DNA from: an uncultured bacterium
GTDB taxonomy: Bacteria > Eisenbacteria > RBG-16-71-46 > DASYSL01
Length of the DNA stretch: 47,535 nt
Assembly: GCA_964386525.1 (NCBI GenBank)
Contig: CAYLSO010000258.1
Coordinates: forward strand, 1 to 47,535
Reading direction: 5' to 3'
Positions 11,004-19,515 of the stretch are shown in pieces; the first letter of the stretch is position 1, and every line of letters starts with the position of its first letter. Made by a program: the position numbers and the translations under genes. The notes under the pieces were generated by a model, which saw only the letters and a list, made by a program, of their open reading frames with translations, made no database searches and was not told the DNA's origin.

Positions 11004-12206
11004 TCAGAAGGCGAAGTCGACCCGCGCCGTGACGAAGGACTCGACGGCGTCGTCGGTGGCCGTCACGTCGGCCAGCTTCCGGTGCGAGTACTCGAGGTGC
11101 AGCGCCACGTTGTCCACCGCGTAGTACCGCCCGCCCGCCGTCCAGCGCGTGATGTCGCGGCCGTCCACGTCCGGGGCCTGGACCAGGTCGAAGCGCGCGA
11201 AGCCTACGAGATTGACGGCCGGCAGCACGCTCAGCTCGGCGAAGCCGCCGGAATAGGTGACGGCATCCACGGCGCCCCACAGGTTCTGGTCGTCGCGCGA
11301 CCACAGGTACTGGAGCGCCAGGTTAACGTGGGCGGCGTTGAGGCTGGCGTCCACCCCGGCACGGTAGAACGGCTCCAGCGAGGTCGGACCCCCGAGCTCA
11401 TCGGCCGGACGCGCCCGGCCGAGGTAGCCCACCAGGCCGAGGCGCTGGCCGGCCGTCTGCCCCTCGCCCGGCCCCACCACGTACGCGGCACGGGCGTAGA
11501 CGTCGGAGGGCGTGTCGTACGGGCGGTTGGTCTCCGACCCGGTGACCACGCCGGCCGCATACTGGAAGCGGTTGCGCCCGTAGCCGGCCGCCTCGACTCC
11601 GCTGCGCGTCTCGGAGAGCAGCGGACCGGCCGGGAACGAGTAGTCGTAGACCTCGTACGGGGCCACGCCCAGCTGGCGCTTGACGCTGAACGGCACGAAG
11701 GCGGGCTCGAAGCGTCCGGCGCGCAGGTTCAGCCACGAGCCGGCCAGACCGCTGAACACCACGCTGGCCATCTCCAGCGCCCCGTCCTGCGGCGCCACCC
11801 CGCGCGCTTCGCCGATCTGCGGCAGGTAGACCATGAAGTAGCCGATCTTGGGGCCCAGCATCCCGGCCGAGAGCAGGTCGAGGCCGTTGAGCCGGAAGTC
11901 GCTCTCGCAGCCGCCGCCGGCGGCGTCGTTGCGGTCGGCCCCCGTGTAGCCGACGCTGGTCCTGAGGGCCACCGGCGCGGGCGATTGCAGCACCGTCTTC
12001 TCCTCGCTCTCGCGGCCCGGCAACCGGTAGCCGTTCATCCGGTAGCGGGCGCCGAAATCGTTGAGCCGGGGCATGTTCGAGTGGCACATGGTGCACTGGA
12101 AGCCGTACTTGCGGGCGAAGACGGGGACGGCCGCGGCGCGGCCCGGCCACGCGGCCGCGAGGATCCCGGCCAGCGCCAGAAGCGTCCAGAGGCTACGGGC
12201 TCTCAT
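11004..12206 (-). CDS. monoheme cytochrome c fused to an outer-membrane beta-barrel (Cyc2/Cyt572-like architecture)
   Basis: The signal peptide MRARSLWTLLALAGILAAAWPGRAAA is followed by VPVFARKYGFQCTMCHSNMPRLNDFG, which holds a single CxxCH. About 350 aa of Gly/aromatic-rich alternating segments follow, ending in VDFAF (an aromatic OMP-type C-terminus). The ATG overlaps the upstream stop (ATGA at 12203-12206) and a GGGAGG RBS is present. Confidence 0.6.
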   Translation of the reverse strand: MRARSLWTLLALAGILAAAWPGRAAAVPVFARKYGFQCTMCHSNMPRLNDFGARYRMNGYRLPGRESEEKTVLQSPAPVALRTSVGYTGADRNDAAGGGCESDFRLNGLDLLSAGMLGPKIGYFMVYLPQIGEARGVAPQDGALEMASVVFSGLAGSWLNLRAGRFEPAFVPFSVKRQLGVAPYEVYDYSFPAGPLLSETRSGVEAAGYGRNRFQYAAGVVTGSETNRPYDTPSDVYARAAYVVGPGEGQTAGQRLGLVGYLGRARPADELGGPTSLEPFYRAGVDASLNAAHVNLALQYLWSRDDQNLWGAVDAVTYSGGFAELSVLPAVNLVGFARFDLVQAPDVDGRDITRWTAGGRYYAVDNVALHLEYSHRKLADVTATDDAVESFVTARVDFAF

Positions 12207-13252
12207 CGCAGGCCTCCCTTCGCGTCGGCTTGCGGATCCGGCCCCTCCGGGAACTTCGGCACCTCCACCTTGGGCACCGGGCCGGTGAGCGCATCGAGGA
12301 ACGCGACCAGGTCGGCTTTCTCCCGCCGCGTCAGCGCCAGCGGCAGCACCAGCCGGTCGAGCCGCGGGTTCGGCACGCCGCCCCGGTCGTAGACGTCGAT
12401 GACGTCCATCAGGGTCTTCGCGGAGCCGTCGTGCAGGTAGGGCGGGGTCTGCGCCACGTTGCGCAGGCCCGGCGTCTTGAAGCGGCCCTGGTCGGCCGGG
12501 TCCTTGGTGTGGTCGTAGCGGCCGAGATCGGGCTTCTCCTTGTCCATCCCCACGCCGAGGTTGCGGAAGGACTGGTCGGAGAAGGCCGGGCCGCTGTGGC
12601 ATGGGGTGCAGTGGCCCTTGCCGTTGAACACGCGCAGGCCGCGCTCCGCCGCCGGACTCATGGCGCCGCGCTCCCCCATCAGGTAGCGGTCGTACGGCGA
12701 CGGCCCCGAGACGATCGTGCGCTCGAAGGCGGCGATGGCCTTGGCGATGCCGTCGGTGTTGGCGTCCGTGCCGAAGACCTGCTGGAACTGTTCGCGGTAG
12801 CCGGGGATGGCGTTGAGCTTGTTCACCACGTTCTCGTGGGTCTCGCCCATCTCGATGGGATTGTGGATCGGCCCCAGGGCCTGCCCCTCGAGCGAGGCCT
12901 CGCGGCCGTCCCAGAACTGGAAGCGCATGTAGGCGGAGTTGATGATGGTCCCCGAGTTGCGCCCGCCGACCTGCCCCTTGATGCCGGTGTCGATCGGGTG
13001 GGGGTTGGCCCATCCGGTGCGCGGGTCGTGGCAGGTGGCGCAGCTGATCGTGTTGTCCGCCGACAGCCGGGTATCGAAGTAGAGCTGCGCCCCGAGGCGG
13101 ACCTTGGCGTCGGTCTGCGGGTTGTCGGCGGGGACGGGCACGGGCGGGAGCGGCCCGTTCTCCAGGAACTGTCCTGCGGCCCAGACGGTCGGCTGGCCCA
13201 GCCACCAGCACAGGCCGAGCGCCGCCAGGGCTGCCAGTGCGATCCTCATCAT
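12203..13252 (-). CDS. di-heme cytochrome c peroxidase (CcpA/MauG family), periplasmic
   Basis: Signal peptide plus two heme motifs (CATCH and CTPCH). FWDGREASLEGQALGP and PPYLHDGS are typical of bacterial CCPs. An AAGGAGG RBS lies upstream. Confidence 0.9.
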   Translation of the reverse strand: MMRIALAALAALGLCWWLGQPTVWAAGQFLENGPLPPVPVPADNPQTDAKVRLGAQLYFDTRLSADNTISCATCHDPRTGWANPHPIDTGIKGQVGGRNSGTIINSAYMRFQFWDGREASLEGQALGPIHNPIEMGETHENVVNKLNAIPGYREQFQQVFGTDANTDGIAKAIAAFERTIVSGPSPYDRYLMGERGAMSPAAERGLRVFNGKGHCTPCHSGPAFSDQSFRNLGVGMDKEKPDLGRYDHTKDPADQGRFKTPGLRNVAQTPPYLHDGSAKTLMDVIDVYDRGGVPNPRLDRLVLPLALTRREKADLVAFLDALTGPVPKVEVPKFPEGPDPQADAKGGLR

Positions 13253-13513
13253 CCGAACCTCCTTGCTACGGACGGTACCTCCTGACTCAGGATCGTCAGG
13301 CGCTCATCCGGGCCGCTGCGAAGATCGGTCCTTCGCCTGCCGGCCCCGCGCTGCGGCCGGCGCGTACCCGCACACAAGGGGAACTGGCGGCAGCATCGCG
13401 CCGCTCGGCAGGGAACGCAAGCGCGGCGACCGGCGGACCGGTCCGGGCCCGCGGCGGCAGCGCTGACTCCACTCCCGCGCACCCGTGGGAGCCGCGCGAA
13501 GCGAAGTTATTTA

Positions 13514-13543
13514 TTGCATTCCTCCGGCGCGGACGCGTATACA
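13514..13543 (+). promoter_or_regulatory. possible sigma70-type promoter for the histone-like gene
   Basis: TTGCAT, 18 nt, TATACA lies inside the only AT-rich patch of a 480-nt intergenic region. It would give a leader of about 185 nt. This rests on pattern match only. Confidence 0.25.
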
Positions 13544-13732
13544 AGATTGTGGCTGACGTGTGGCCCTGGACGGTGTCGTGAAGATGCCGCCGCCGGGCGC
13601 GCAGCGTCGCCGGTTTCCAAGGGGACTCGGCCTTCTGTCATGTCACCAACGGTCTGATCACCGCCCGGTCCCGCTGCCCCCGCCCGGACACGGAACCCGT
13701 CCGGAGCCTTGGCTCAAACAAAGGAGTCTGCC

Positions 13733-14041
13733 ATGAAGAGGACCACGAAGAGGCGCGTCAAGCGCGTGGTGCGTAAAGTGAAGCGCGCCAAGAAGGTAGC
13801 TCGCAAGAAGGCCGTCAAGCGCGTCATCCGCAAGCGCGCGGTCAAGAAGGCCGTCCGCCGTCGCGTCGCCAAGAAGGCCGTCCGCCGCCGCGTCGTCAAG
13901 AAGGCGCTCGTCAAGCGCGCCATCAAGAAGGCGCTCGTCAAGCGCGCCATCAAGAAGGCCGTGGTGAAGAAGGCCATCCGCCGCGGGGCGAAGCCGCCGG
14001 CTTGGCCGCCGATGCTCGGTGGTCCGGAGGGCGGGATCTAG
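13733..14041 (+). CDS. histone H1-like / Lys-Arg-Ala-Val repeat DNA-binding protein
   Basis: MKRTTKRRVKRVVRKVKRAKKVARKKAVKRVIRKRAVKKAVRRRVAKKAVRRRVVKKALVKRAIKKALVKRAIKKAVVKKAI... AAGGAG lies 7 nt upstream of ATG 13733 and an intrinsic terminator lies just downstream. Confidence 0.8.
   Translation: MKRTTKRRVKRVVRKVKRAKKVARKKAVKRVIRKRAVKKAVRRRVAKKAVRRRVVKKALVKRAIKKALVKRAIKKAVVKKAIRRGAKPPAWPPMLGGPEGGI
13898..13951 (+). repeat. exact 27-nt tandem duplication inside the histone-like gene
   Basis: AAGAAGGCGCTCGTCAAGCGCGCCATC occurs twice back to back (13898-13924 and 13925-13951), encoding KKALVKRAI x2. A degenerate 24-nt pair (KKAVRRRV) precedes it. Confidence 0.95.
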
Positions 14042-15455
14042 CTCCGACTCACCTCCGGGCCCGGAGGTCCGAGGCGACAGACCGAGGGGCGGCCGGTGCG
14101 GCCGCCCCTCTGTGTTTGCGGACCCCGCTCGCCGAGCGCCGGCGGCGGCTGCGGGCGCAGCCAGACCGAGGTTCGCACCTCTGCCCCCGGCACTCCGGCG
14201 GTGGAGAGCCGCACGAAGTAGACGCCGGACGGAGCCGGCGACCCATCCTCCGCCCTCCCGTCCCAGGTCACGCTGTACTGCCCCGGGGCGCACACCCGGT
14301 CCGCCAGCCGGCGGACGGCCCGGCCCGACACGTCGAGCAGGCTCAGTTGCACGCGACCCGCCCGCCCCGCCTTCTCCCCCACCGTGAAGGCGACCGTCGC
14401 CGTGCCCCACGCCGGGTTCGGCCAGGCCGGGGCCAGGCTCGCGCGGGCCGCCGGCGCGGGCCCGACCGGGGTGCCAGGCGCGCGCAGCTCGCAGTTGGCG
14501 ACGTAGAACAGACTCACGAACCCACCCGAGGTATTCCAGTCCCAGCCCCCGAACGGCCCGCTCCCTGGCGGCACGCGCACCATGCAGTTGTCCGGGAAGA
14601 ACGACGGCACCCGCATCCAGCCCAGCTGGTCCACCCGCACCAGCCCCTCGGAGCGCGGCTCGTAGAGGTCCAGCCGGCTATCGGCGTCGAGCTGGAAGCC
14701 GATCTCGCCGTTGAGACCCTGGTAGACGGAGTGCGCGTGGGCCGGCTCGATCGGATCCTGGACCCCACTCGGGAACAAGGGGCGGATGAAGTATCCATCG
14801 GAGAGCATCCAGCCGCCGATGTCCACGGTGACCGGACGCGGATTGTAGAACTGGACGGCGGTGTGCCGCGGGTCGTACGCGTAGACCCCGTTGATGCGCA
14901 CGCTGCTGCCCAGATCGGGGGCGGCGGTCACGGGCGTGTTGGAGGCGTTCGGTGTCGGCCGGCCGATGTCGAAATCGGCGGCGTCGTTGCCGATGTCGTC
15001 GCCGTCCGGGGAGCGGCCGCCCGACATGGCGGTGGTGTCGTACTCCGTGGCCAGGGCACCTTTACCCTCCACGCCCTGCCGCCCGAGGACCTCCGATCCG
15101 AAGGGAAGTGGCTGCAACAGGGGGCAGGAGACGGGGGCGCCTCCGAGATTCCCGCAGCCCACCTCGTCGACCACCGCGCCCGTGCTGTCGCGCAGCACGA
15201 TCACGCCACCGCGATCGGCCAGAAAGTCCTCCCCGATCAGCGCCGCGGCATCGGGGTCGAGCACCTGCGGCCCGCCCAAGCAGGTCGGACAGAAGGGCAG
15301 GAACTCGTTCGCGACGGCCAAGAACCCGTGCCCGGGGATCGGGTCCCGGCGGCGAACGTGTGGGTACGGACGAGGGTGGGCGCGTGCACCGCAAGCGTCC
15401 AGCCGGACAGATCGATCGCCCCCACGGTGGTGTTGAGCAGCTCGATGAACTCATC
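14038..15455 (-). pseudogene. 5'-truncated and frameshifted paralog of the lamin-tail-domain surface protein (28296..30293)
   Basis: 15455-15340 encodes DEFIELLNTTVGAIDLSGWTLAVHAPTLVRTHTFAAGTR (LTD core) in one frame. The continuation IPGHGFLAVANEFLPFCPTCLGG... is in another frame, implying a 1-nt loss near 15338-15345. There is no signal peptide or plausible start: the csp terminator sits immediately upstream, and the track start at 15321 is a TTG. The C-terminal FlgD-like domain is intact, but the reading frame runs 40 codons past the WLR end seen in the paralog. Confidence 0.65.
14084..14118 (+). terminator. intrinsic terminator of the histone-like gene
   Basis: A 12-bp stem GAGGGGCGGCCG / CGGCCGCCCCTC with loop GTG is followed by TGTGTTTG. 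Confidence 0.7.
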
Positions 15456-15475
15456 CCGGCACCCGGCCCGATCCG

Positions 15476-15515
15476 CATCAAAAGGCAGGGGCGGCGCCCC
15501 GAAGGGCGCCGCCCC
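15476..15515 (-). terminator. intrinsic terminator of the cold-shock gene
   Basis: On the minus strand, a 12-bp stem GGGGCGGCGCCC / GGGCGCCGCCCC with loop TTCG is followed by TGCCTTTTGATG. Confidence 0.8.
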
Positions 15516-15543
15516 GATCGCGGGAAACGGATCTCCGAGCGAC

Positions 15544-15744
15544 CTAGACCTTGCGAACGTTCGCCGCCTGCAGCCCCTTCGGGCCTCGCGTCACGTCGAA
15601 CTCCAGCGCCTCACCCTCGGCGAGCGTCTTGAAACCCTCGCCCTGGATGGCCGAGAAGTGCACGAACACGTCCTCGCCGTCCTCCTGCGAGATGAAGCCA
15701 AAGCCCTTCGCCTCGTTGAACCATTTCACCGTACCACGTGCCAC
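15544..15744 (-). CDS. cspA: cold-shock protein (CspA family)
   Basis: [64 protein letters not shown], 66 aa, with RNP1/RNP2 motifs. The start is GTG with AAGGAG 6 nt upstream. The rest of the 119-aa track ORF is upstream leader. Confidence 0.95.
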   Translation of the reverse strand: MARGTVKWFNEAKGFGFISQEDGEDVFVHFSAIQGEGFKTLAEGEALEFDVTRGPKGLQAANVRKV

Positions 15745-15976
15745 GGAATGCTCCTTGTAGGCGGGCGGTCTGCCCGCGTGCTTTGCCGCCATATGCCGCG
15801 GCGGCGGCGCCCGGTCACTGTGACCGATTCTCCGTTCGAGCGGCGCCGATTGACGCAACGCCGCCGGGGGTGTCCCTGGCGGCGTTGATCGCGTATCGCA
15901 CATCCGCAGCGACCGAAGACCGGTCCACTATGCGCCTTCCCCGGCCGCGATGCAAGGGCCTTCCCCGCGGCCCCCG

Positions 15977-15997
15977 GGGCGCCGGGGGGGGGCGCCC
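15977..15997 (-). terminator. hairpin after korB (GGGCGCC / GGCGCCC around a homopolymer loop); possible terminator
   Basis: A 7-bp inverted repeat flanks seven bases of a nine-base G run (15984-15992). It lies about 45 nt downstream of the korB stop and has no U-tract. Confidence 0.3.
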
Positions 15998-16038
15998 GCC
16001 GGCGCTCCGCCCGCCACCGGCGGCCAGCCCGGCCGGGG

Positions 16039-16872
16039 CTACTCCTCCACCCCCATCTTGTCTTCCTCCACCTCGGCGGCCCGGGGCTCGTCCATCTCCA
16101 CCTCCCCCTTGGCGCGGTGCCCGGGGTCGCGGCGATAGATGACTCCGAGCATGATGTTCGGGGTCTGGGTCATGCGCACCGCCGCCAGCAGGTCGGACGG
16201 GTCGTGGTCGGGCGGGATCAGCTCGCAGCGCTCGTAGAGCAGCTTCGCGTAGGCCGGCGTTTGGTAGGTCACGCACGCCGCCAGCACGTGCACGAAGGCG
16301 AAGCCCGGATAGGCGATGGCCTCGCGGAAGATCTCGCGCATGTGCGGCAGGTTGCCGGCGTGGGTGCGGGCCACGAAGCCGCAGCCGGTGCCGAGCATGA
16401 ACAGGACGGGCTTCAGCGGCCGCTCGTCCTCCCCCGCCAGCCCGCGCTCGTGCTTGAACTCCGGGTCGGTGGTGGGCGAGGCCTGCCCCTTGGTCAGCCC
16501 GTAGATGCCGTTGTCGAGGACGGCGTACATCATGTCGAGGTTGCGCCGCGCGGCGTGCGGGATGTGGCCGACCCCGATCGAGAAGCCGTCGCCGTCTCCC
16601 CCCACGATCACGGTCGTCATGTCGGGCTTGGCCGCCTTGATGCCGGTCGCGATCGGCAGGGCGCGCCCGTGGACCGAGTTGAAGGCGTAGGAGTTGGTGT
16701 AGCCCGGCAGCCGGCTCGAGCAGCCGATGCCCGAGATCATCGCCAGCTTCTCCGGCGGCACCTGGAGGTCGGCCAGCGCCTGGGTGAGCCCCTTGAGCAC
16801 GCCGTAGTCGCCGCAGCCGGAACACCACACCGGCTTCAGGGTGGAACGGAAGTCCTTCGCGGATACGGTCAT
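16039..16872 (-). CDS. korB: 2-oxoacid:ferredoxin oxidoreductase, beta (TPP-binding) subunit
   Basis: MTVSAKDFRSTLKPVWCSGCGDYGVLKGL...GIGCSSRLPGY...VGGDGDGFSIG is the KorB/OorB pattern. The ATG overlaps the korA stop (ATGA at 16869-16872). Confidence 0.9.
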   Translation of the reverse strand: MTVSAKDFRSTLKPVWCSGCGDYGVLKGLTQALADLQVPPEKLAMISGIGCSSRLPGYTNSYAFNSVHGRALPIATGIKAAKPDMTTVIVGGDGDGFSIGVGHIPHAARRNLDMMYAVLDNGIYGLTKGQASPTTDPEFKHERGLAGEDERPLKPVLFMLGTGCGFVARTHAGNLPHMREIFREAIAYPGFAFVHVLAACVTYQTPAYAKLLYERCELIPPDHDPSDLLAAVRMTQTPNIMLGVIYRRDPGHRAKGEVEMDEPRAAEVEEDKMGVEE

Positions 16873-18626
16873 TGCCGGGCTCCTTCCACGAGCTGGTCGA
16901 GCTCGGGTCCGGACAGCGGCACTCCGCCGCTGCGCGTCAGGCCGTGGGTGCTGCCCATGTCGGTGAGGCCGCAGAGAAAGCGGCGCAGCTGGCCGCGGTA
17001 GGAGAGCTCCACCACCCCCAGCCACTCGAGGCCGCGGCGCCACTCCTCAAACGCCGCCAGCGGGTACGGGAAGAGGATCTCCGGCAGGAAGGCGCGGTAC
17101 TCGGGGTGCCGGACCACCCACTCGCGCAGCAGCCCGTAGGTGCTCCCCCAGGCCAGGATGCCGCGCTTGGCGTCGGGCCGGCCGAGGGTGCGGAACCAGC
17201 CTGCGGTCTCCTCGGCCATCGGCTCCACCTTGAGGAAGCGCTTGACGTTCATCTGGTGGTGCGTGCCGGTGTCGGCGGTCGGGAAGCCCTCCGGCGTGTG
17301 CTCGATGCCGGCCGCCAGGTAGGTGCCCCCCGGGGTCCCCGGGATGCGGAACGGCGCCACCACCTCGCCCTCCTGGAGCTTGAAGCGCAGCGGCTCGTCG
17401 CCGGCCTTCCAGATGCGCCGCTGCGGCGGCGGCGGCAGCTCGCCGTGAGGATCCCGGATCTGCCGGCGCTGGGCGATGTAGGCGTCCGACAGCACGATGA
17501 CCGGGATCTGGTAGGTCTCGGCCAGGTGGAAGGCCTTGTGCATGACGTCGTGCGCGTGCACCACGTCGTAGACCCCGAGCACGGCGCGCGGGAAGTCCCC
17601 GTGGCCGCCGTAGATGGAGTGGTCGAGGTCGGCCTGCTCCATGCGCGACGGCTGGCCGGTGGCCGGCCCGCCCCGCTGGCAGTCCACGATCACCGACGGC
17701 ACCTCGGCCATGCTCGAGAGCCCGATCATCTCGGTCATCAGGGACAGGCCCGGGCCGCTCGTGGCGGTCATCGCCGGCACGCCGGCGAAGCTCGCCCCGA
17801 TGACCATCCCCATGGCCGCCATCTCGTCCTCGGCCTGGATGAGCTTGCCGCCCGCCTCCGGCAGCTCGTCGATCAGGGTCTCCATGATCTCGGACGACGG
17901 CGTGATCGGGTAGCCGGCGAAGAACCGCATGCCGGCGTCGATGCCGCCGCGCGCCGACGCCTCGTTGCCGCTCTCCACCACCAGTTGCTTCCCGCTGCCC
18001 TGCAGCCGGGCCAGCGTCGCGGGCGCCTCGCCCGCCCAGGCGCGGTCGAGCGCCGCCAGGTTCTTGGCGAGCACCGGCGGCCGGTGGCCGAAGCGCTCGG
18101 TCAGCACCGCGCGCGCCAGCTCCTGCGGCCAGCCCAGCATGCGGCAGAGCAGCGCCAGGCCCACCATGTTCTTGGGCTCGCCCGGCACCTCGACGCCGTT
18201 CTCGATGCGCGCGAAGGGGAAGCGCCAGGGCGTGCCTTGGTAGCCGAGCCAGGCGGGCAGCTGCCCCTCGTCGTGCGCGTCGAGCAGCACGTGGCACTGC
18301 GGGCCCAGGCGCACCGTCCCCTGGAAGCGCTGCATGTCCGTGGTGCGGAAGCAGAGCAGCACGTCGACCTGGTCGCCCTCGTACTGGATCTCGGATTCGG
18401 CGACGCGCAGCACGACGGCCGACTCGCCGCCGCGGATCTGCGGGCCGTACGACTGCACCATCATGCCGTACAGTCCCTGCTTGGCCGCGGCTTGCAGCAG
18501 CAGGTGGCCGAGCAGGACGACGCCGTCGCCGCCGCTGCCGACCATGGCGATGCCGACCGAGCCGGTTCTTGCCTCGGGTCCCGCGCTCACGGGCTCTGCC
18601 TTCTGCCCGAGGGTGGGTGTGCTCAT
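16869..18626 (-). CDS. korA: 2-oxoacid:ferredoxin oxidoreductase, alpha subunit with fused N-terminal gamma domain
   Basis: The N-terminus (GSGGDGVVLLGHLLLQAAAKQGLYGMMVQSYGPQIRGGES) is a gamma domain. It is followed by the alpha domain (GYPITPSSEIME...MTATSGPGLSLM). The gene starts 4 nt after the rnfB stop. Confidence 0.9.
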   Translation of the reverse strand: MSTPTLGQKAEPVSAGPEARTGSVGIAMVGSGGDGVVLLGHLLLQAAAKQGLYGMMVQSYGPQIRGGESAVVLRVAESEIQYEGDQVDVLLCFRTTDMQRFQGTVRLGPQCHVLLDAHDEGQLPAWLGYQGTPWRFPFARIENGVEVPGEPKNMVGLALLCRMLGWPQELARAVLTERFGHRPPVLAKNLAALDRAWAGEAPATLARLQGSGKQLVVESGNEASARGGIDAGMRFFAGYPITPSSEIMETLIDELPEAGGKLIQAEDEMAAMGMVIGASFAGVPAMTATSGPGLSLMTEMIGLSSMAEVPSVIVDCQRGGPATGQPSRMEQADLDHSIYGGHGDFPRAVLGVYDVVHAHDVMHKAFHLAETYQIPVIVLSDAYIAQRRQIRDPHGELPPPPQRRIWKAGDEPLRFKLQEGEVVAPFRIPGTPGGTYLAAGIEHTPEGFPTADTGTHHQMNVKRFLKVEPMAEETAGWFRTLGRPDAKRGILAWGSTYGLLREWVVRHPEYRAFLPEILFPYPLAAFEEWRRGLEWLGVVELSYRGQLRRFLCGLTDMGSTHGLTRSGGVPLSGPELDQLVEGARQ

Positions 18627-18630
18627 AGGG

Positions 18631-19506
18631 TCAGGCCTCCACGACGGCCGCCGCGGGGGCGGCCTCGGGCTGGGGTGGCTGGCCGATGCGGTGCATGATC
18701 GTGCTGGGACAGATGTCCACGCAGGCTTCGTTGCACGACGGACCGTAGGCCAGGCACTTCTCGTGATCGATCCGGATCGTCGTCCCGTCCCAGGCGATGG
18801 CCCCGGCCGGGCACTTGGCGACGCAGCGACGGCAGATCGTGCAGCCCACCATGCAGGTGGGCCGGACGGTCGACTTGTTGTCCCGCGCCACGCAAGACAG
18901 CTCGATGCGGCGGTCGCGCGGGTAGAGCTCGAAGAGCTCCTTGGGGCACGACGGCACGCACAGGCCGCAGCCGGTGCACTTGGCGTTGTCCACCTCCGCG
19001 ATGCCCGAGGCGCCGACGTGCAGCGCGTCGAAGGGGCAGACCTGGACGCAATCGCCGAGCCCCAGGCAGCCGTTCTTGCACGCCTTGGGCCCCCCGAACA
19101 CCAGCGAGGCGGCCGCGCAGGTCCGCACGCCGCGGTACTCCGCCTCGTCGCGGGCGTAAGCGCTGGTGCCGTGGCAGCGCATGACCACCAGCCGGTCCGG
19201 CACCGCGCCCACGGCCTTGTCGGTCAGCTCGCCGAGCGCCTTGGCCACCGCGCCGCGCCCCGGCGTGCACAGATTGGTAGGCACGTCGGCGCGCTCCACC
19301 ACCGCCTCGGCGTAGACCTGGCAGCCGGCGAAGCCGCAGGCGCCGCAGTTGGCCGAGGGCAGTTGGTCGCGCACCGCCTCGACCACCGGGTTCACCGGCA
19401 CCTTGAAGCGCAGCGCCGCCGCGGCCAGGGCAAAGCCGAAGAAGACCCCGAGCAGCGTCAGGACCGCGAAGCCCCAGAGGGCGATGGCGAGAGTCTGCTG
19501 GTCCAA
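18631..19506 (-). CDS. rnfB: Rnf complex subunit B (polyferredoxin-type Fe-S protein with N-terminal membrane anchor)
   Basis: An N-terminal TM helix is followed by LPSANCGACGFAGC. Several CxxCxxCxxxCP ferredoxin motifs follow (CLGLGDCVQVCP, CTGCGLCVPSCP, CTICRRCVAKCP). The start codon is apparently TTG. Confidence 0.85.
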   Translation of the reverse strand: MDQQTLAIALWGFAVLTLLGVFFGFALAAAALRFKVPVNPVVEAVRDQLPSANCGACGFAGCQVYAEAVVERADVPTNLCTPGRGAVAKALGELTDKAVGAVPDRLVVMRCHGTSAYARDEAEYRGVRTCAAASLVFGGPKACKNGCLGLGDCVQVCPFDALHVGASGIAEVDNAKCTGCGLCVPSCPKELFELYPRDRRIELSCVARDNKSTVRPTCMVGCTICRRCVAKCPAGAIAWDGTTIRIDHEKCLAYGPSCNEACVDICPSTIMHRIGQPPQPEAAPAAAVVEA

Positions 19507-19515
19507 GTCCGTCCC

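Noticed and set aside
11004-13211. A single 735-aa ORF spanning the peroxidase region and the barrel protein
   Set aside because: The N-terminal 335 codons are an out-of-frame shadow of ccpA, whose true frame is 12203..13252. The real gene starts at ATG 12206, which has its own RBS and signal peptide.
15984-15992. A nine-base G homopolymer as a possible phase-variation tract
   Set aside because: It is intergenic, downstream of korB, and forms most of the loop and part of the stem of a terminator-like hairpin. It is neither in a coding region nor between -35 and -10 elements that I can identify.
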